Below, piece after piece: positions 52,267 to 64,000 of a DNA stretch of 64,000 nt. The stretch covers positions 32,629,749-32,693,748 of the forward strand of contig NC_069004.1 of NCBI RefSeq assembly GCF_001194135.2, written 5' to 3'. Below the pieces are notes generated by a model. It did not search any database, had not been told where the DNA came from, and saw nothing but the letters and a program-made list of their open reading frames with translations. Position numbers and translations under genes: made by a program. Numbering within the stretch: position 1 is the first letter of the stretch; every line of letters begins with the position of its first letter. The stretch comes from Octopus bimaculoides (taxonomy: Eukaryota).

Positions 52267-52752
52267 ATGGCAACAGTGTTTCTATTGGTATACACACACG
52301 CGCACGTGTGCACATGCTCATAGGTGCGAGAGCATGTGTATGTTTAAAAATAGACTGCAGCATGGCTGAATGCCTTAGAAGCTTGCTTCTCAATCACATG
52401 ATCCAAGGTTCAATTTCACAGCATGACATCTTGGCCAAGCATCATTTACCATGATCTTGGGTGGTTGACCCTTGTTACAGGCACTGAGCAGATGGAAACT
52501 GTGTGGAAGCTCTCCCAATGGATTGTACCTCTAATTCAAAAGGTACAGACTTGTCACACACTATCTTATGCTGGTTGTTTAAAAGTAAACATACGTGTAG
52601 AATACTCAGCCACATACATGCTAATTAAATGGCCAGGAAATTCAGTTAATTGAGCAATTAAGTGCTTATTGCCTGAACTGATAATTATATTTACATCCTA
52701 ATACATAAATCTCTAAATCTCTTTTTGTTTATATATATATATATATACATGA

Positions 52753-52850
<98 letters not shown>

Positions 52851-53353
52851 CATCATCATCATCGTTTAACGTCCGCTTTCCATGCTAGCATGGGTTGGAC
52901 GATTTGATTGAGGACTAGTGAAACTGGATGGCAACACCAGGCTCCAATCTGATTTGGCAGTGTTTCTACAGCTGGATGCCCTTCCTAACGCCAACCACTC
53001 AGAGAGTGTAAGGGGCTTTTTTTATGAGTACCACCTGATTAGTTGAATTCATATATTGTGATTTACATATAAACAAGCATGTTTGTTTATATGTGTGTGT
53101 ACATTAAACATTTACTAGGGCCTGTTAACTAATTCCTTGTAAAAGTTAATGCATAAATGTATAGGAAACATCCTGATAAAATAAATTTGTAAAGATTCAT
53201 GTTACACAACTTTAGATCTTTCCCAGATAAATACTATTATATAATAAATACTCAAGATATTTTTGTGCAATTTTGGTAAATATATCTGTTAAAATGAGTT
53301 GTCAGTATTATTTTCATTTTTGCATAATTTAGACAACAGTTTATTCACCGTAC

Positions 53354-53392
<39 letters not shown>

Positions 53393-53725
53393 CTTCTGTG
53401 GACTTTGCTCTTTCTCCTTTCTGATGAAGAGCTATGCTCAAAATATCAAAAACTCTCTATCGAACATCAAACTAATACACTTCTTGTGCATGTCCTCTTG
53501 TCTTTTATTGTTTGTTTATTTGAATTGGCTGTACATACGTACATACACACAACTAGCTGATAACACATAAGAAGGGAACTGTAGTCACGGCCCTGTTTAT
53601 TTCAACAATTATCTATGTGTAAACAAACTCTGCACACACACTAACAGTGTGACAGTTGCTACTGCTGCTACCAGAGCCCTCATTCATCGTTTTAGCTCGA
53701 CCTAATCATTGCTCACTTACTCCAG

Positions 53726-53786
53726 GTCTCCCGACAACAGATGATAAGCTTGATGTTTCTTATGTTAATTTGTGTGTATATCTATC
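53726..53786 (+). CDS. Candidate 61-nt exon: LPTTDDKLDVSYVNLCVYL (phase 1) or VSRQQMISLMFLMLICVYIY (phase 0)
   Basis: Textbook 3' splice site: branch-like cctaat, pyrimidine tract cattgctcacttactc, cag|G. Donor ATC|gtgagg at 53787. Confidence 0.35.
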
Positions 53787-53967
53787 GTGAGGGAGGATGG
53801 CTCTCTAGGGGAGTGTTTTATGCAGGCAAAAAGATATTGTGTGTATTTCTCTAAAGATTGGTAGATAGATAAATACATTGTGATGATTTAATAAATATAT
53901 GAAGTAGTAGTTATTATATATAATAGTATTTCTCTGGGAAAGATCTAAAATTGTGTAAAAGGAATCT

Positions 53968-54141
53968 TTACAAATTTATTTTATCAGGATGTTTCCTATA
54001 CATTTATGCATGCATATATATCATCATCATCATCATCGTTTAACGTCCGCTTTCCATGCTAGCGGACGTTAAACGATGATGATGATGATGATATATATGC
54101 ATGCATAAATGTATAGGAAACATCCTGATAAAATAAATTTG

Positions 54142-54144
<3 letters not shown>
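53968..54144. repeat. Perfect inverted repeat, 84-bp arms, 9-nt spacer
   Basis: 53968-54051 is the exact reverse complement of 54061-54144; spacer ttccatgct. Confidence 0.95.
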
Positions 54145-54180
<36 letters not shown>

Positions 54181-54181
<1 letters not shown>

Positions 54182-54527
54182 GAAGGCACATAGCTCAGTG
54201 GTTAGAGTGTCGAGCTTACGGTCGTGAGGTTGTGAGTTTGATTCCCGGACCGGGCTGCCTGTTGTGTTCTTGAGCAAGACACTTTATTTCATGTTGCTCC
54301 AGTTAACTCAGTTGTAGAAATGAGTTGCGACATCGCTGGTGCCAAGTTGTATCGGCCCCTTTGCCTTTCCCTTGGATAACGTCAGTGGTGTGGAGAGGAG
54401 ACATTGGGTACGCATGGGTGACTGCTGGCCTTCCACAAACAACCTTGCCCAGACTTGTGCCTCAGAGGGTAACTTTCTAGGTGCAATCCCATGGTCATTC
54501 ATGTCCGAAGGGGGTCTCCCCCCACTA
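54181..54527 (+). mobile_element. SINE family F (tRNA head, CORE-like gttcttgagcaagacacttt, tail X ending gtcattcatg.ccgaagggggtct)
   Basis: A box tagctcagtgg, B box gtttgattcc. Reverse copy at ~43775-44104; two tail-only fragments at 29820-30100. Confidence 0.85.
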
Positions 54528-56445
54528 CATATATCATCATCATCATCATCGGCATTGTCGGTTAATGTCTGCTTTCCATGTTGGCATGAGTTGGACAGTT
54601 TATTCATACTGTGTTCTCATTATTCAGTTTGTTCTTCACATTCAAGTACCTGTGTGTTTATCAGTATTTTATTTTTATTTCATTCAATTTGAGAAAAATT
54701 GAAGCATGTCTGACAAGTCTAAAGCATATTGAATGAGCCCACACTGCATATGTACATATATATATGTTTGTAGAGAGAGAAAGAGAGTGTATGTGAGAAA
54801 ATTAGTGGGTGAGTGAGAGAACAAAAAAGAAATCAAAGCAGGATACATGCTCACTCAACATTATTAGGTCAACGCAAGAAGTAGAAAAACAGTTATTTAT
54901 GATATTTGAGACCTGTTTTGATACCAGATACATTATAACAGTAAAGGAGTGACTATTACTCAAAGTGTATGCCTAGTATATACGTGTTGTTGTTGTGGTT
55001 GCTTAATCCCGATTTAACCATGCTTGAGACAGACCTATGATCTATTGGTTTTCACCCATTACTATTGTGACTGCTAAGAAATTTGAGGAACTTCTTCAGC
55101 AACTGTACTCCTTGTGAGATTTGTTGAGATTTGGCTGTTATTTCTAGCGCTGTGTGAAACCACATAGAGGTGCTGTCTTTGTTTCAGTTTGTAATTTGTG
55201 TGTGTGTGTGTGTTGTAGCAATATGAAGTTGGAATGTTAATGTCTAGGAATTGCAAGACATAGTAATGCCCTGGTGCTGCTGATGATAGTGGCGGCAGTG
55301 ACAGTGATGGGGGTGGCTATTAAGGACATTCTTTGGTTCATGACAGAACAAAATAAACCATTTATTGCAATTCTATTCTTCATTTACTCCTAATGTAGAC
55401 TATCTCTTCTCCCTGTCTCTCCTCCTCTTTCTCTCCACAATGTCTCTCTCTCTCTCTCTCCGCAATATCAACTTATGTTGATTGTCCATGGACATGCAAG
55501 ACAAAGAGGCCACTTTATCATTGTTGTATTCTAAAGAACAGTATTTATTTTGTACGACACACTCATTACGTATGTGTGTAGGCGTGGGGGTGCAGGTATA
55601 CAAACTGTAATATATAGGTATAGCTTTTAAGCTACAAATAAAAACATATAAATGGTGTTAGTGTGTATGGGCATTTACGTGTGTGTTCATGCATATATAT
55701 ATATATATATACACACACATAAACATATACATATATATGTATATATATGTGTGTGTGTGTGTATATACATATACACACATGCACACACACATATATATGT
55801 ATGTATATATACATGTGTGTCGGTGTGTGCATGCACACAAATAAGTGAGTAAAAAAAAAAGCAAAAAGGGAGCTACTGAACAAAAAATATTAGAGGGACA
55901 AGTAAAAGCTTGTGTTTAAAAAGTGTAGAAATATAAAGCAAAAAAAACAACAAACAAAGATGTGTACAACGAAGCTGAATACACTAAAGGAAGAAGCAAG
56001 ACAATCTAGTGTATTGGGTGACACCCTTTGTCATAGAGAAGGGGAAAAATGGAAAAGAGAGTTGAGAGGCAAGAGAAACAGAAGAGACCTCTGTTCACAT
56101 AGCAAATCTCAGGTAAAATGAAAACTAGTTGTGGAGTGGGATGACTGGAAGTGGAGGCACAATCTGGGTTACAATGAGATGAAATGAAGAAAAGAGGAAT
56201 GAGGGAATGGGAATTGGTTAGAAAAGTAGGAGGGAAAGTGAAAAAGAAGGGGAGAGAAGGAGGGGGGTGCAAACTGAGGAGCTCATGATATGATGTGTGG
56301 TTTGATGTGTAGGTTGTGTGTCTTGTTGAAGAGGGGACCCTGTGTGCAATGTATTTGTGTGGTGTGTCAGGGTGTGATGAATTGTACGTAGGGGTAATAG
56401 GTTAGAGATATGTTTCTAGATTTAAGATGAGATGATGTGTATGCC

Positions 56446-56490
<45 letters not shown>

Positions 56491-56511
56491 CCATGTTGTG
56501 CCAGTGTAGTT

Positions 56512-56746
56512 CCTTATTTCTTTATTGCCCACAAGGGGTTAAACATAGAGGGGACAAACAAGGACAGACAAAGGGATGAAGTTGATTACATCGACCCCAC
56601 TTCGTAACTGGTACTTAATTTATCGACCCCAAAAGGATGAAAGGAAAAGTCGACCTCGGCGGAATTTGAACTCAGAACGTAACAGCAGACGAAATACCAA
56701 TAAGCATTTCACCCGGCGTGCTAACGACTCTGGCAGCTCGCCGCCT
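56512..56746 (-). mobile_element. Young family A-head SINE with an alternative Tx1-like tail and a 15-bp TSD
   Basis: CpG-rich and nearly intact. Flanked by tgtgccagtgtagtt (56497-56511) and tgtgccagtatagtt (56747-56761). Tail ends cccttgtgggcaataaagaaataa on the minus strand. Confidence 0.88.
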
Positions 56747-57505
56747 TGTGCCAGTATAGTTTCTGGTATGCTTAATCTATATGGCTGTATAGATATATGG
56801 AATAGTGTATATGGTCAATTTTTATCAGATTTTTTGCTGCTTATACAACTTAATGAAATGAATACTAAAAGAAAAATATTTCTTACCTTAAAATAAAATT
56901 AAATAAAACAAATTTTTCATTTGTTTAACACCTTTCCATTACTACTCTCTCATTTCCTCCTTCTCCTCTGTGATTCTTTATCATATGCACTGTGTGTATA
57001 GTGTTTTTTCACTCATTGCCTGCACCAAGCCTAATATGTGCCCTCATCCTGCACCTCTTACCTCAACTTGTTCTGTATCTCTCTTTTAGTCTCTCTCTCT
57101 CTCTTTCCTCTTATTGCTATATGATTTAAAGTGTGACTGGAAAAATCTACCAATCAACCAACCAACTACCATTTATATTAACTATTATTATTATTATTAT
57201 TATATTCATCATCATCATCATTTAATGTCTGCTCGCCATGTTGGCATGGGTTAGACGGTTTGACTGGCATGGCTTCTACAGCTGGATGCCCTTCCTAACA
57301 CCGACCACTCCTGGAGTGTAATGGGAGCTTTTATGTGCCACCAGCACAGGTGCCATATACATGATACTAACAATGACCAGGACTACAATTCGTGGGTGCC
57401 ATTTGCATGACACACACACACTCTCTCTCACTTGCACACACACTCTCTCTCTCTCACTTGCACACACACACACACACACACACACTCTCTCTCTCTCTCT
57501 CACTT

Positions 57506-57539
<34 letters not shown>

Positions 57540-58433
57540 NNNNNNNNNNNNNNNNNNNNNNNNNNNNNNNNNNNNNNNNNNNNNNNNNNNNNNNNNNNNN
57601 NNNNNNNNNNNNNNNNNNNNNNNNNNNNNNNNNNNNNNNNNNNNNNNNNNNNNNNNNNNNNNNNNNNNNNNNNNNNNNNNNNNNNNNNNNNNNNNNNNNN
57701 NNNNNNNNNNNNNNNNNNNNNNNNNNNNNNNNNNNNNNNNNNNNNNNNNNNNNNNNNNNNNNNNNNNNNNNNNNNNNNNNNNNNNNNNNNNNNNNNNNNN
57801 NNNNNNNNNNNNNNNNNNNNNNNNNNNNNNNNNNNNNNNNNNNNNNNNNNNNNNNNNNNNNNNNNNNNNNNNNNNNNNNNNNNNNNNNNNNNNNNNNNNN
57901 NNNNNNNNNNNNNNNNNNNNNNNNNNNNNNNNNNNNNNNNNNNNNNNNNNNNNNNNNNNNNNNNNNNNNNNNNNNNNNNNNNNNNNNNNNNNNNNNNNNN
58001 NNNNNNNNNNNNNNNNNNNNNNNNNNNNNNNNNNNNNNNNNNNNNNNNNNNNNNNNNNNNNNNNNNNNNNNNNNNNNNNNNNNNNNNNNNNNNNNNNNNN
58101 NNNNNNNNNNNNNNNNNNNNNNNNNNNNNNNNNNNNNNNNNNNNNNNNNNNNNNNNNNNNNNNNNNNNNNNNNNNNNNNNNNNNNNNNNNNNNNNNNNNN
58201 NNNNNNNNNNNNNNNNNNNNNNNNNNNNNNNNNNNNNNNNNNNNNNNNNNNNNNNNNNNNNNNNNNNNNNNNNNNNNNNNNNNNNNNNNNNNNNNNNNNN
58301 NNNNNNNNNNNNNNNNNNNNNNNNNNNNNNNNNNNNNNNNNNNNNNNNNNNNNNNNNNNNNNNNNNNNNNNNNNNNNNNNNNNNNNNNNNNNNNNNNNNN
58401 NNNNNNNNNNNNNNNNNNNNNNNNNNNNNNNNN
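57540..58433. other. Assembly gap (largest)
   Basis: N runs also at 3386-3506, 12813-13166, 16591-16600, 17223-17232, 17562-17600, 22532-22990, 32908-32917, 34624-34702, 36323-36942, 38897-39026, 41954-42006, 43570-43579, 46086-46220, 50781-51008. Confidence 0.99.
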
Positions 58434-59038
58434 TTACGATGATCAATACCCTTAAGTACACAGATAGCTATGTATACATATATATAAGCCATGTTATTTT
58501 CCTGCCCATGCCCTTCAACTTCAAGACCTGATCTACAAGAGGCTTGCTTGCGCTTTCCTTTACAGTTCAGCTCTGTTCAGTTATCTTGATTTTTTTTTCT
58601 TTTTTGTCTTTCTGTTTGTTTGTTTGTTTTTTTTTTCTTTTCTCTGAAGAATTTTTGTGAGCAAGAAATCTCAGCATTCTTCCTCTCGTAACAACTCAGT
58701 CCCAGTGTTTCCAACACACACACACACACTCACACACACATATATATATATGTATATGCACACACAAACATATGCATATACACACTTATTTTCCTGATCT
58801 TCTGTCTATCTATATGTCTGTCTACATGACTATTTACCGATATAACTACCTATCTTTTTACTAGCCTGTGTATCTTTTCCTTCTCTCCCTCCCTCTCTCT
58901 CTCTCGAATATATATATATATATATATAGATAGATAGATAGATAGATAGAGATATACACACATACATACATCTATTTATTTTGATCTTCGAGATTCCGAT
59001 TTCTCTTACATTTCCCCCTCAACAATCCCCACCTTCAA

Positions 59039-59073
<35 letters not shown>

Positions 59074-59335
59074 TATATAATTTTTTCAGGGTCTAATAGA
59101 ATCGAAGTATGTATATATATATATAGATATATATATATACATGTATGTATGAAGATCAGTGTTAAAAAAAAATAAAACAAAAGAATCTGTAGCTTACAGT
59201 AACAACACCATTATCATAACAACAATTTGGATTACTGGTCAGTGTTGTTATGCTCCATGTGGTAATTGGTTCAAACCAAACTGGAACAAGCAAACAAACA
59301 AGCCTAATCAACCAATGGAAATATTATATCTTCTC

Positions 59336-59371
<36 letters not shown>

Positions 59372-60367
59372 CACTTATTGAAATGTGAACATCAGTGCAT
59401 GCAATTTGTTTGTTGAATTACCCCAACTACCACCATCACAACCACTGACTCATATTTTTTATAATTCCCACCCAGTTTCCCCTCCCGCTTGCTTCTCTCT
59501 ATTATTCCTTCAGTCATAATAGTTGAATATATTTTTGCACTTCCTCATATGTATTGAGTTCTTTACTGTTTCATCCTTTTACTCAATTGATGTTTGCTTT
59601 GTTGTTGTGAAAGAGTTTATTTCCAGTTTTATGTATTTGCTAACATAATACACACACACACACACATGCACTAAAGTTGCAAAGTTTTTAGTCAGCAATT
59701 TTGTTCGTTTTTTTTTTTTTTTTGTATTCTGTATTTCTTCTTTATCATTCTCATTATACACACTGAGTAAAACTTGTGCATGTTTATACGGTTGCACACA
59801 CACACACACACACTTACATATGCCCATGTGCCTATATATAGAGAGAGAGAGGGACAGACAGACAAGTAGATAACTAAATACATGCATACATAGACACACA
59901 CACTCATATGTATGTATATATATATATGTAACGGATGAAGAGTGTTTCATTTCCAGTATTTGAACAAATATTTCTTTAGTTGTTATTCTGTCGATTCAAA
60001 CTCTGGCTTTTTTAAAAACCTTCACCTGAACCATCCTTGTTTTTGCAGTATTTTTGTTGTTGTTTTATTTGCACAAATATCTTAAATTCCATTATTATCA
60101 TTATTATTATTGTTGTTGTTGTTGTTGTTGTTGGTCAGCATTGACTAAAAATTTATTTCAGGAAAAATAATAGGCCAAAATTCAAAAACCATATGCACAC
60201 ACTCACCTCTTACTTTCTCTCTCTCTCCTCATACACACACACACACACACACACAAAATAAATTTATATATATTTAAAATGCACTCATAAAAATAATATA
60301 CACCATTATTTTATGCATACATTCACACTCACCCCAATATACTCCAGTCACTCACTCACTCACTCAC

Positions 60368-60518
60368 TGGGACCTCGTTTCCCAATTTGAACTGTTTCAA
60401 AACTTTCATTATCAGTTTGAACACTTCTGCCTCTACTACCACTACCAGTTACACCACTGCCACTGCTGTTCTTTCCACTGTTGTGACTACTAGTATTGTC
60501 AAACCTCCCCTCCTGGCT
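60368..60518 (-). CDS. Candidate minus-strand 151-nt exon SQEGRFDNTSSHNSGKNSSGSGVTGSGSRGRSVQTDNESFETVQIGKRGP
   Basis: Acceptor aaactctag|AGC, donor CCA|gtgagt, 50 open codons. The donor lies in a (GTGA)n tract and the middle is low-complexity. Confidence 0.33.
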
Positions 60519-60829
60519 CTAGAGTTTACCTTATCAAAAGCTACAGTCTGTGTTCATTATTACTGGAGCTTACATCGGTTCAGTACAGCACCGAACAGTT
60601 TTAGTTTCTGTGTGGTGTAGACTAGATTCTTGTTTCAACCTCTGGGTTTAAAACTGCTGTCCTTCGTTGAACAGTGTCACTCAAAAGAAAGACTTCTGCA
60701 ATATCATCAGATTTAATTATCTTTCAGCTGCTGACTCTAAGAGTTAAAATGTCCATGTAAGAAGAAATTCTCTTAATATTCTTCTTCAACTTCTTTTTCT
60801 TCTTCTTATTGTCATTATTGTTTTAAACT

Positions 60830-61400
60830 GAAAATTTTTAAGTCTTTTAATTTACATTCAAGTCTTACTTTGATTAATTTAAGACCAGTCATATCATATC
60901 TATTTAGCTAATTTGAGATTAATTATATCTTATCTATTCAGATTTTACTGTCAGCTAATTTTTAAAGACCAGTCAGATTTTTCCTATTCAGATCTTACTG
61001 AGACTGGTCATTATAGTAACTTCTCAAGTCTTAAGGTCTTACTATCAGCTTAAAGTTAGTTGTACCATCCCCATTCAAATCTTACTGCCACTAATCTAAG
61101 ACGAGTAAGATCTTACCTATTCAGCTTTTACTAAGACTAGTCATATCATACATATTCAGGTCTCAAGGTCTCTCTATCAGCTTATTTAAGACTAGTCATA
61201 TCTTATTCAGATTTCACTCTGTTTATCTAAAACTGGGCAGATCTTAACTAATCAGATCTCACTAAGACTAGTCACATTTTTTGTATCCAGCTCTTTCTAT
61301 CAGCTCATATAAGACTAGACATATTCTACCTAAGACAAATCTAAGACTTGTCACATCTTACCTATTTGGGTGTTATAACTAGACTGGCCATGCCTTACCT
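60830..61400. repeat. Degenerate minisatellite, ~35-bp unit resembling taagactagtcatatcttacctattcagatcttac
   Basis: About 12 occurrences of (t)aagac(t/c)agtca followed by atcttacc/tattcag. Confidence 0.72.
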
Positions 61401-61770
61401 TCTGTTTTTGTAAAACCTTAAAAAAAAAAGAAAGTAGAGAAAAAGTAATTGAAGAAATTAGGATTCAATAATTTCTACAACATGAATTTGTATGTGGTCA
61501 TGTTCGTGTTTCTCTTTTTATTTTTGTTGTATTGTTGATGTTAGTGTTCTTGTTATTCATGTTTTTTTAACACTTCATGTAGAAAGCTGATTCTGATTTC
61601 TGAGATATATACATTTCTCCTGCATTCATCATATAACACCTCTTGCCTCGGCATCATCATCATCATCATCTTACTAATTAATTAATCTTTTATACATTAT
61701 CCCTCTTTTTTTTTTCTAATAAGTTAATACATCAATTACTGTGGCATATGGAAGTGGAGTTTTAAGAGAT

Positions 61771-61825
<55 letters not shown>

Positions 61826-61982
61826 CTCTCACACATACACACATGCACACACACACACATTTATTTTAAACTCCTTTATCATTTGTTGTCATTCGGTTTT
61901 TACTGAAGAGTAGAGAGCAGACTTGTTCTGTGAAACCTTAACCCAAACCCATCTCTAAGCCGAAAACGACAACTATCCAACC

Positions 61983-62051
61983 ATGGGAGAATATTTTGCT
62001 CTCTTCTTCTTTGTCTTCTTCTTTCTTCTTTTAATTGCTCCTTCGAGTTAA
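61983..62051 (+). CDS. Small ORF copy 1, MGEYFALFFFVFFFLLLIAPSS* (putative membrane micropeptide)
   Basis: ccaaccATGG context. First 20 residues identical to copies 2 and 3; TAG changed to TCG extends it by 2 residues. Confidence 0.35.
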   Translation: MGEYFALFFFVFFFLLLIAPSS

Positions 62052-62489
62052 TTCTGTCCACCCATCTATTCATCCTCTGTTGTTGTTTAACCCCAGGTAA
62101 GCCTCCCCAAAAAAGTATTACCAATATTCATTAGGTAAACTTATTAAATAGAAAACTGACTGGATTTTAAAATCGAACTGAGCATTGAACCCTCTCACCT
62201 GATTATAAAGTAGAATACTTAAACAGGTAACAGAAATTGATTGGGGAAAAAAAAATCAATATGTACATACATACAGGTACATTGATGTTGCAATATAAAA
62301 TTAGGTCAGTTAATTAAAACTAGTAACTAATTGAAAACAAAAAAATATTGTCAGAAGAATACCTGCATATAATTATTGAGACTAACACACACACACACAC
62401 ACACACACCTGTCATCATTTGTTTTCCTAAAGATTTTAATGAGGAATATACAACTCCATTTCTATGTTGTAAACAACAACTATCCAACC

Positions 62490-62552
62490 ATGGGAGAATA
62501 TTTTGCTCTCTTCTTCTTTGTTTTCTTTTTTCTTCTATTAATTGCTCCTTAG
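62490..62552 (+). CDS. Small ORF copy 2, MGEYFALFFFVFFFLLLIAP*
   Basis: Homology to the other copies is confined to roughly the ORF plus ~15 nt each side. Three substitutions versus copy 1 within codons 1-20, all synonymous. Confidence 0.38.
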   Translation: MGEYFALFFFVFFFLLLIAP

Positions 62553-62820
62553 AGTTAATTCTAGCCCCTAGCTCAGCCCAAGATAACTATTGCCAATGTG
62601 CCCCAGATACATGTCCGTTTCATAGAAAACTGACGGGGATATTAATTGCACTTGACAGACTGGTCATTGGCTACCAAAACTGAGTGGACAACTCACTGTT
62701 AAGCTCTGTCAACAGACTAAAAACTTCTTTCCACTCTTATTCCTAAGCATGTAGGTGTCTCAATTGACAAGACAAACAAAAAGCAAGCAGCAGAAACCGA
62801 TAAGAAAATCAACATACACA

Positions 62821-62924
<104 letters not shown>

Positions 62925-63381
62925 CAATTCATAGTTGTCACCTTGTAAACGTGGTTGTCCTGTACAGATCAATGGGAGCAACCACATTGAGGTGGTAACT
63001 ACTATTACTTTTCTATAGAGTTACTACTTGAAATATATATATATATATATACATATACATGCACACACAACTGTCACCATCTCTATCTATCTGTCTATCT
63101 ATCCATGCATACATACACACACATACATGTGCATGTATCAGTGTATACATGTATACTGGAATTACTACAGTATAAAATTAGGTTAGTTAACAGGAATTGC
63201 TAATTGACTGAATTGAAAAAAAAAAAATTGTCAGAAACATACATAAAATGCATATTTATTCAGATTAACACACACACACACCTATTTTTAACTCCTTCAT
63301 TTAGTGAGGACTAGAGAGCAGATCTATTCTGTGAAACCATAACAACCCTGTCTCTAAGCCTAAAACGACAACTATCCAACC

Positions 63382-63444
63382 ATGGGAGAATATTTTGCTC
63401 TCTTCTTCTTTGTCTTCTTCTTTCTCCTTTTAATTGCCCCTTAG
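63382..63444 (+). CDS. Small ORF copy 3, MGEYFALFFFVFFFLLLIAP*
   Basis: Same peptide; two synonymous substitutions (CTC, GCC) versus copy 1. Confidence 0.38.
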   Translation: MGEYFALFFFVFFFLLLIAP

Positions 63445-63764
63445 AGCTAATCCTGTCCACCCATCTATTCATCCTCTGTTGTTCTTCATGTTTAATCCCA
63501 GGTCAACCTTCATTTAGCTGACCAACGTACAAGGGCACCTGTTTACACCATATCTTTTCTCTATATGCATAGTGTATCTTGGATTACATTCTGCAACATG
63601 CCTTTCCTTACTTTCTTAAGTGAAATAGTACAGGATTTGAGGGAGATTTGGTTGCTCTTTCTAGCAGACCTAACAACAATGTAGAGGACTCTAAGTGCTT
63701 CTTAGTTGTTTACTGTATAACTTTTTTTAATTTATTTTACATATACATACATACATACATACAT

Positions 63765-63833
63765 ATGTATCGTTGTCGTTTAACGTCCGCTTTCCATGCT
63801 AGCATGGAAAGCGGACGTCGTTAAATGACGACG

Positions 63834-63839
<6 letters not shown>
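63765..63839. repeat. Fold-back palindrome with a 36-bp perfect core (63783-63818)
   Basis: acgtccgctttccatgct|agcatggaaagcggacgt; the outer arms extend with a 3-nt insertion and 2 mismatches. Confidence 0.93.
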
Positions 63840-63897
<58 letters not shown>

Positions 63898-63922
63898 GTA
63901 TATATATATATATATATATACA

Positions 63923-63972
<50 letters not shown>

Positions 63973-64000
63973 CATACATACATACATACATATATATATA

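Noticed and set aside
57361-58531. 300-380-aa ORFs spanning N runs (also 12644-13211, 22342-23419, 36156-37118, 50568-51159)
   Set aside because: Open only because N codons translate as X.
58645-58690. Long T/C tract with aag| acceptor and nearby gtgagc/gtaaca donors (possible microexon)
   Set aside because: The tract is simple-repeat derived ((TTTG)n, poly-T), and no frame or partner exon can be supported.

Overview
AT-rich eukaryotic genomic DNA from a gapped short-read assembly (15 N-gaps), crowded with (TA)n, (CA)n, (ATT)n, (GAT)n and (GGT)n microsatellites and at least six short retroposon families. This style strongly resembles an octopus genome (inference; no database search possible). 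Almost every ORF in the supplied track is a microsatellite or N-gap artefact. Real coding signal is limited to a few spliced exons. These are a convincing plus-strand internal exon at 4764-4870/4903 with two in-frame donors, a phase-compatible terminal exon at 8689-8753, a likely first coding exon at 26161-26218 (GTCACCATGG start, G|GTAGGT donor), and weaker candidates at 44660-44782, 53726-53786 and, on the minus strand, 16707-16913 and 60368-60518. I could not name any gene. Recognisable TE relics are RTE, CR1/L2 and Tx1/L1-like LINE fragments, a mariner MITE, a pogo/Tigger remnant and a Helentron-like end. The most interesting observations are: (1) a locally triplicated 20-codon small ORF (MGEYFALFFFVFFFLLLIAP) at 62-63.4 kb in which all five sense-codon differences between copies are synonymous; (2) two fold-back palindromes nucleated on the same 14-bp palindrome of one SINE family, one with a third arm copy that brackets a candidate exon; (3) combinatorial head/tail swapping among SINEs; (4) a 55-bp-stem hairpin; and (5) a ~5-kb strand-asymmetry inversion just upstream of the putative first exon. 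No rRNA, bona fide tRNA or CRISPR array is supported.
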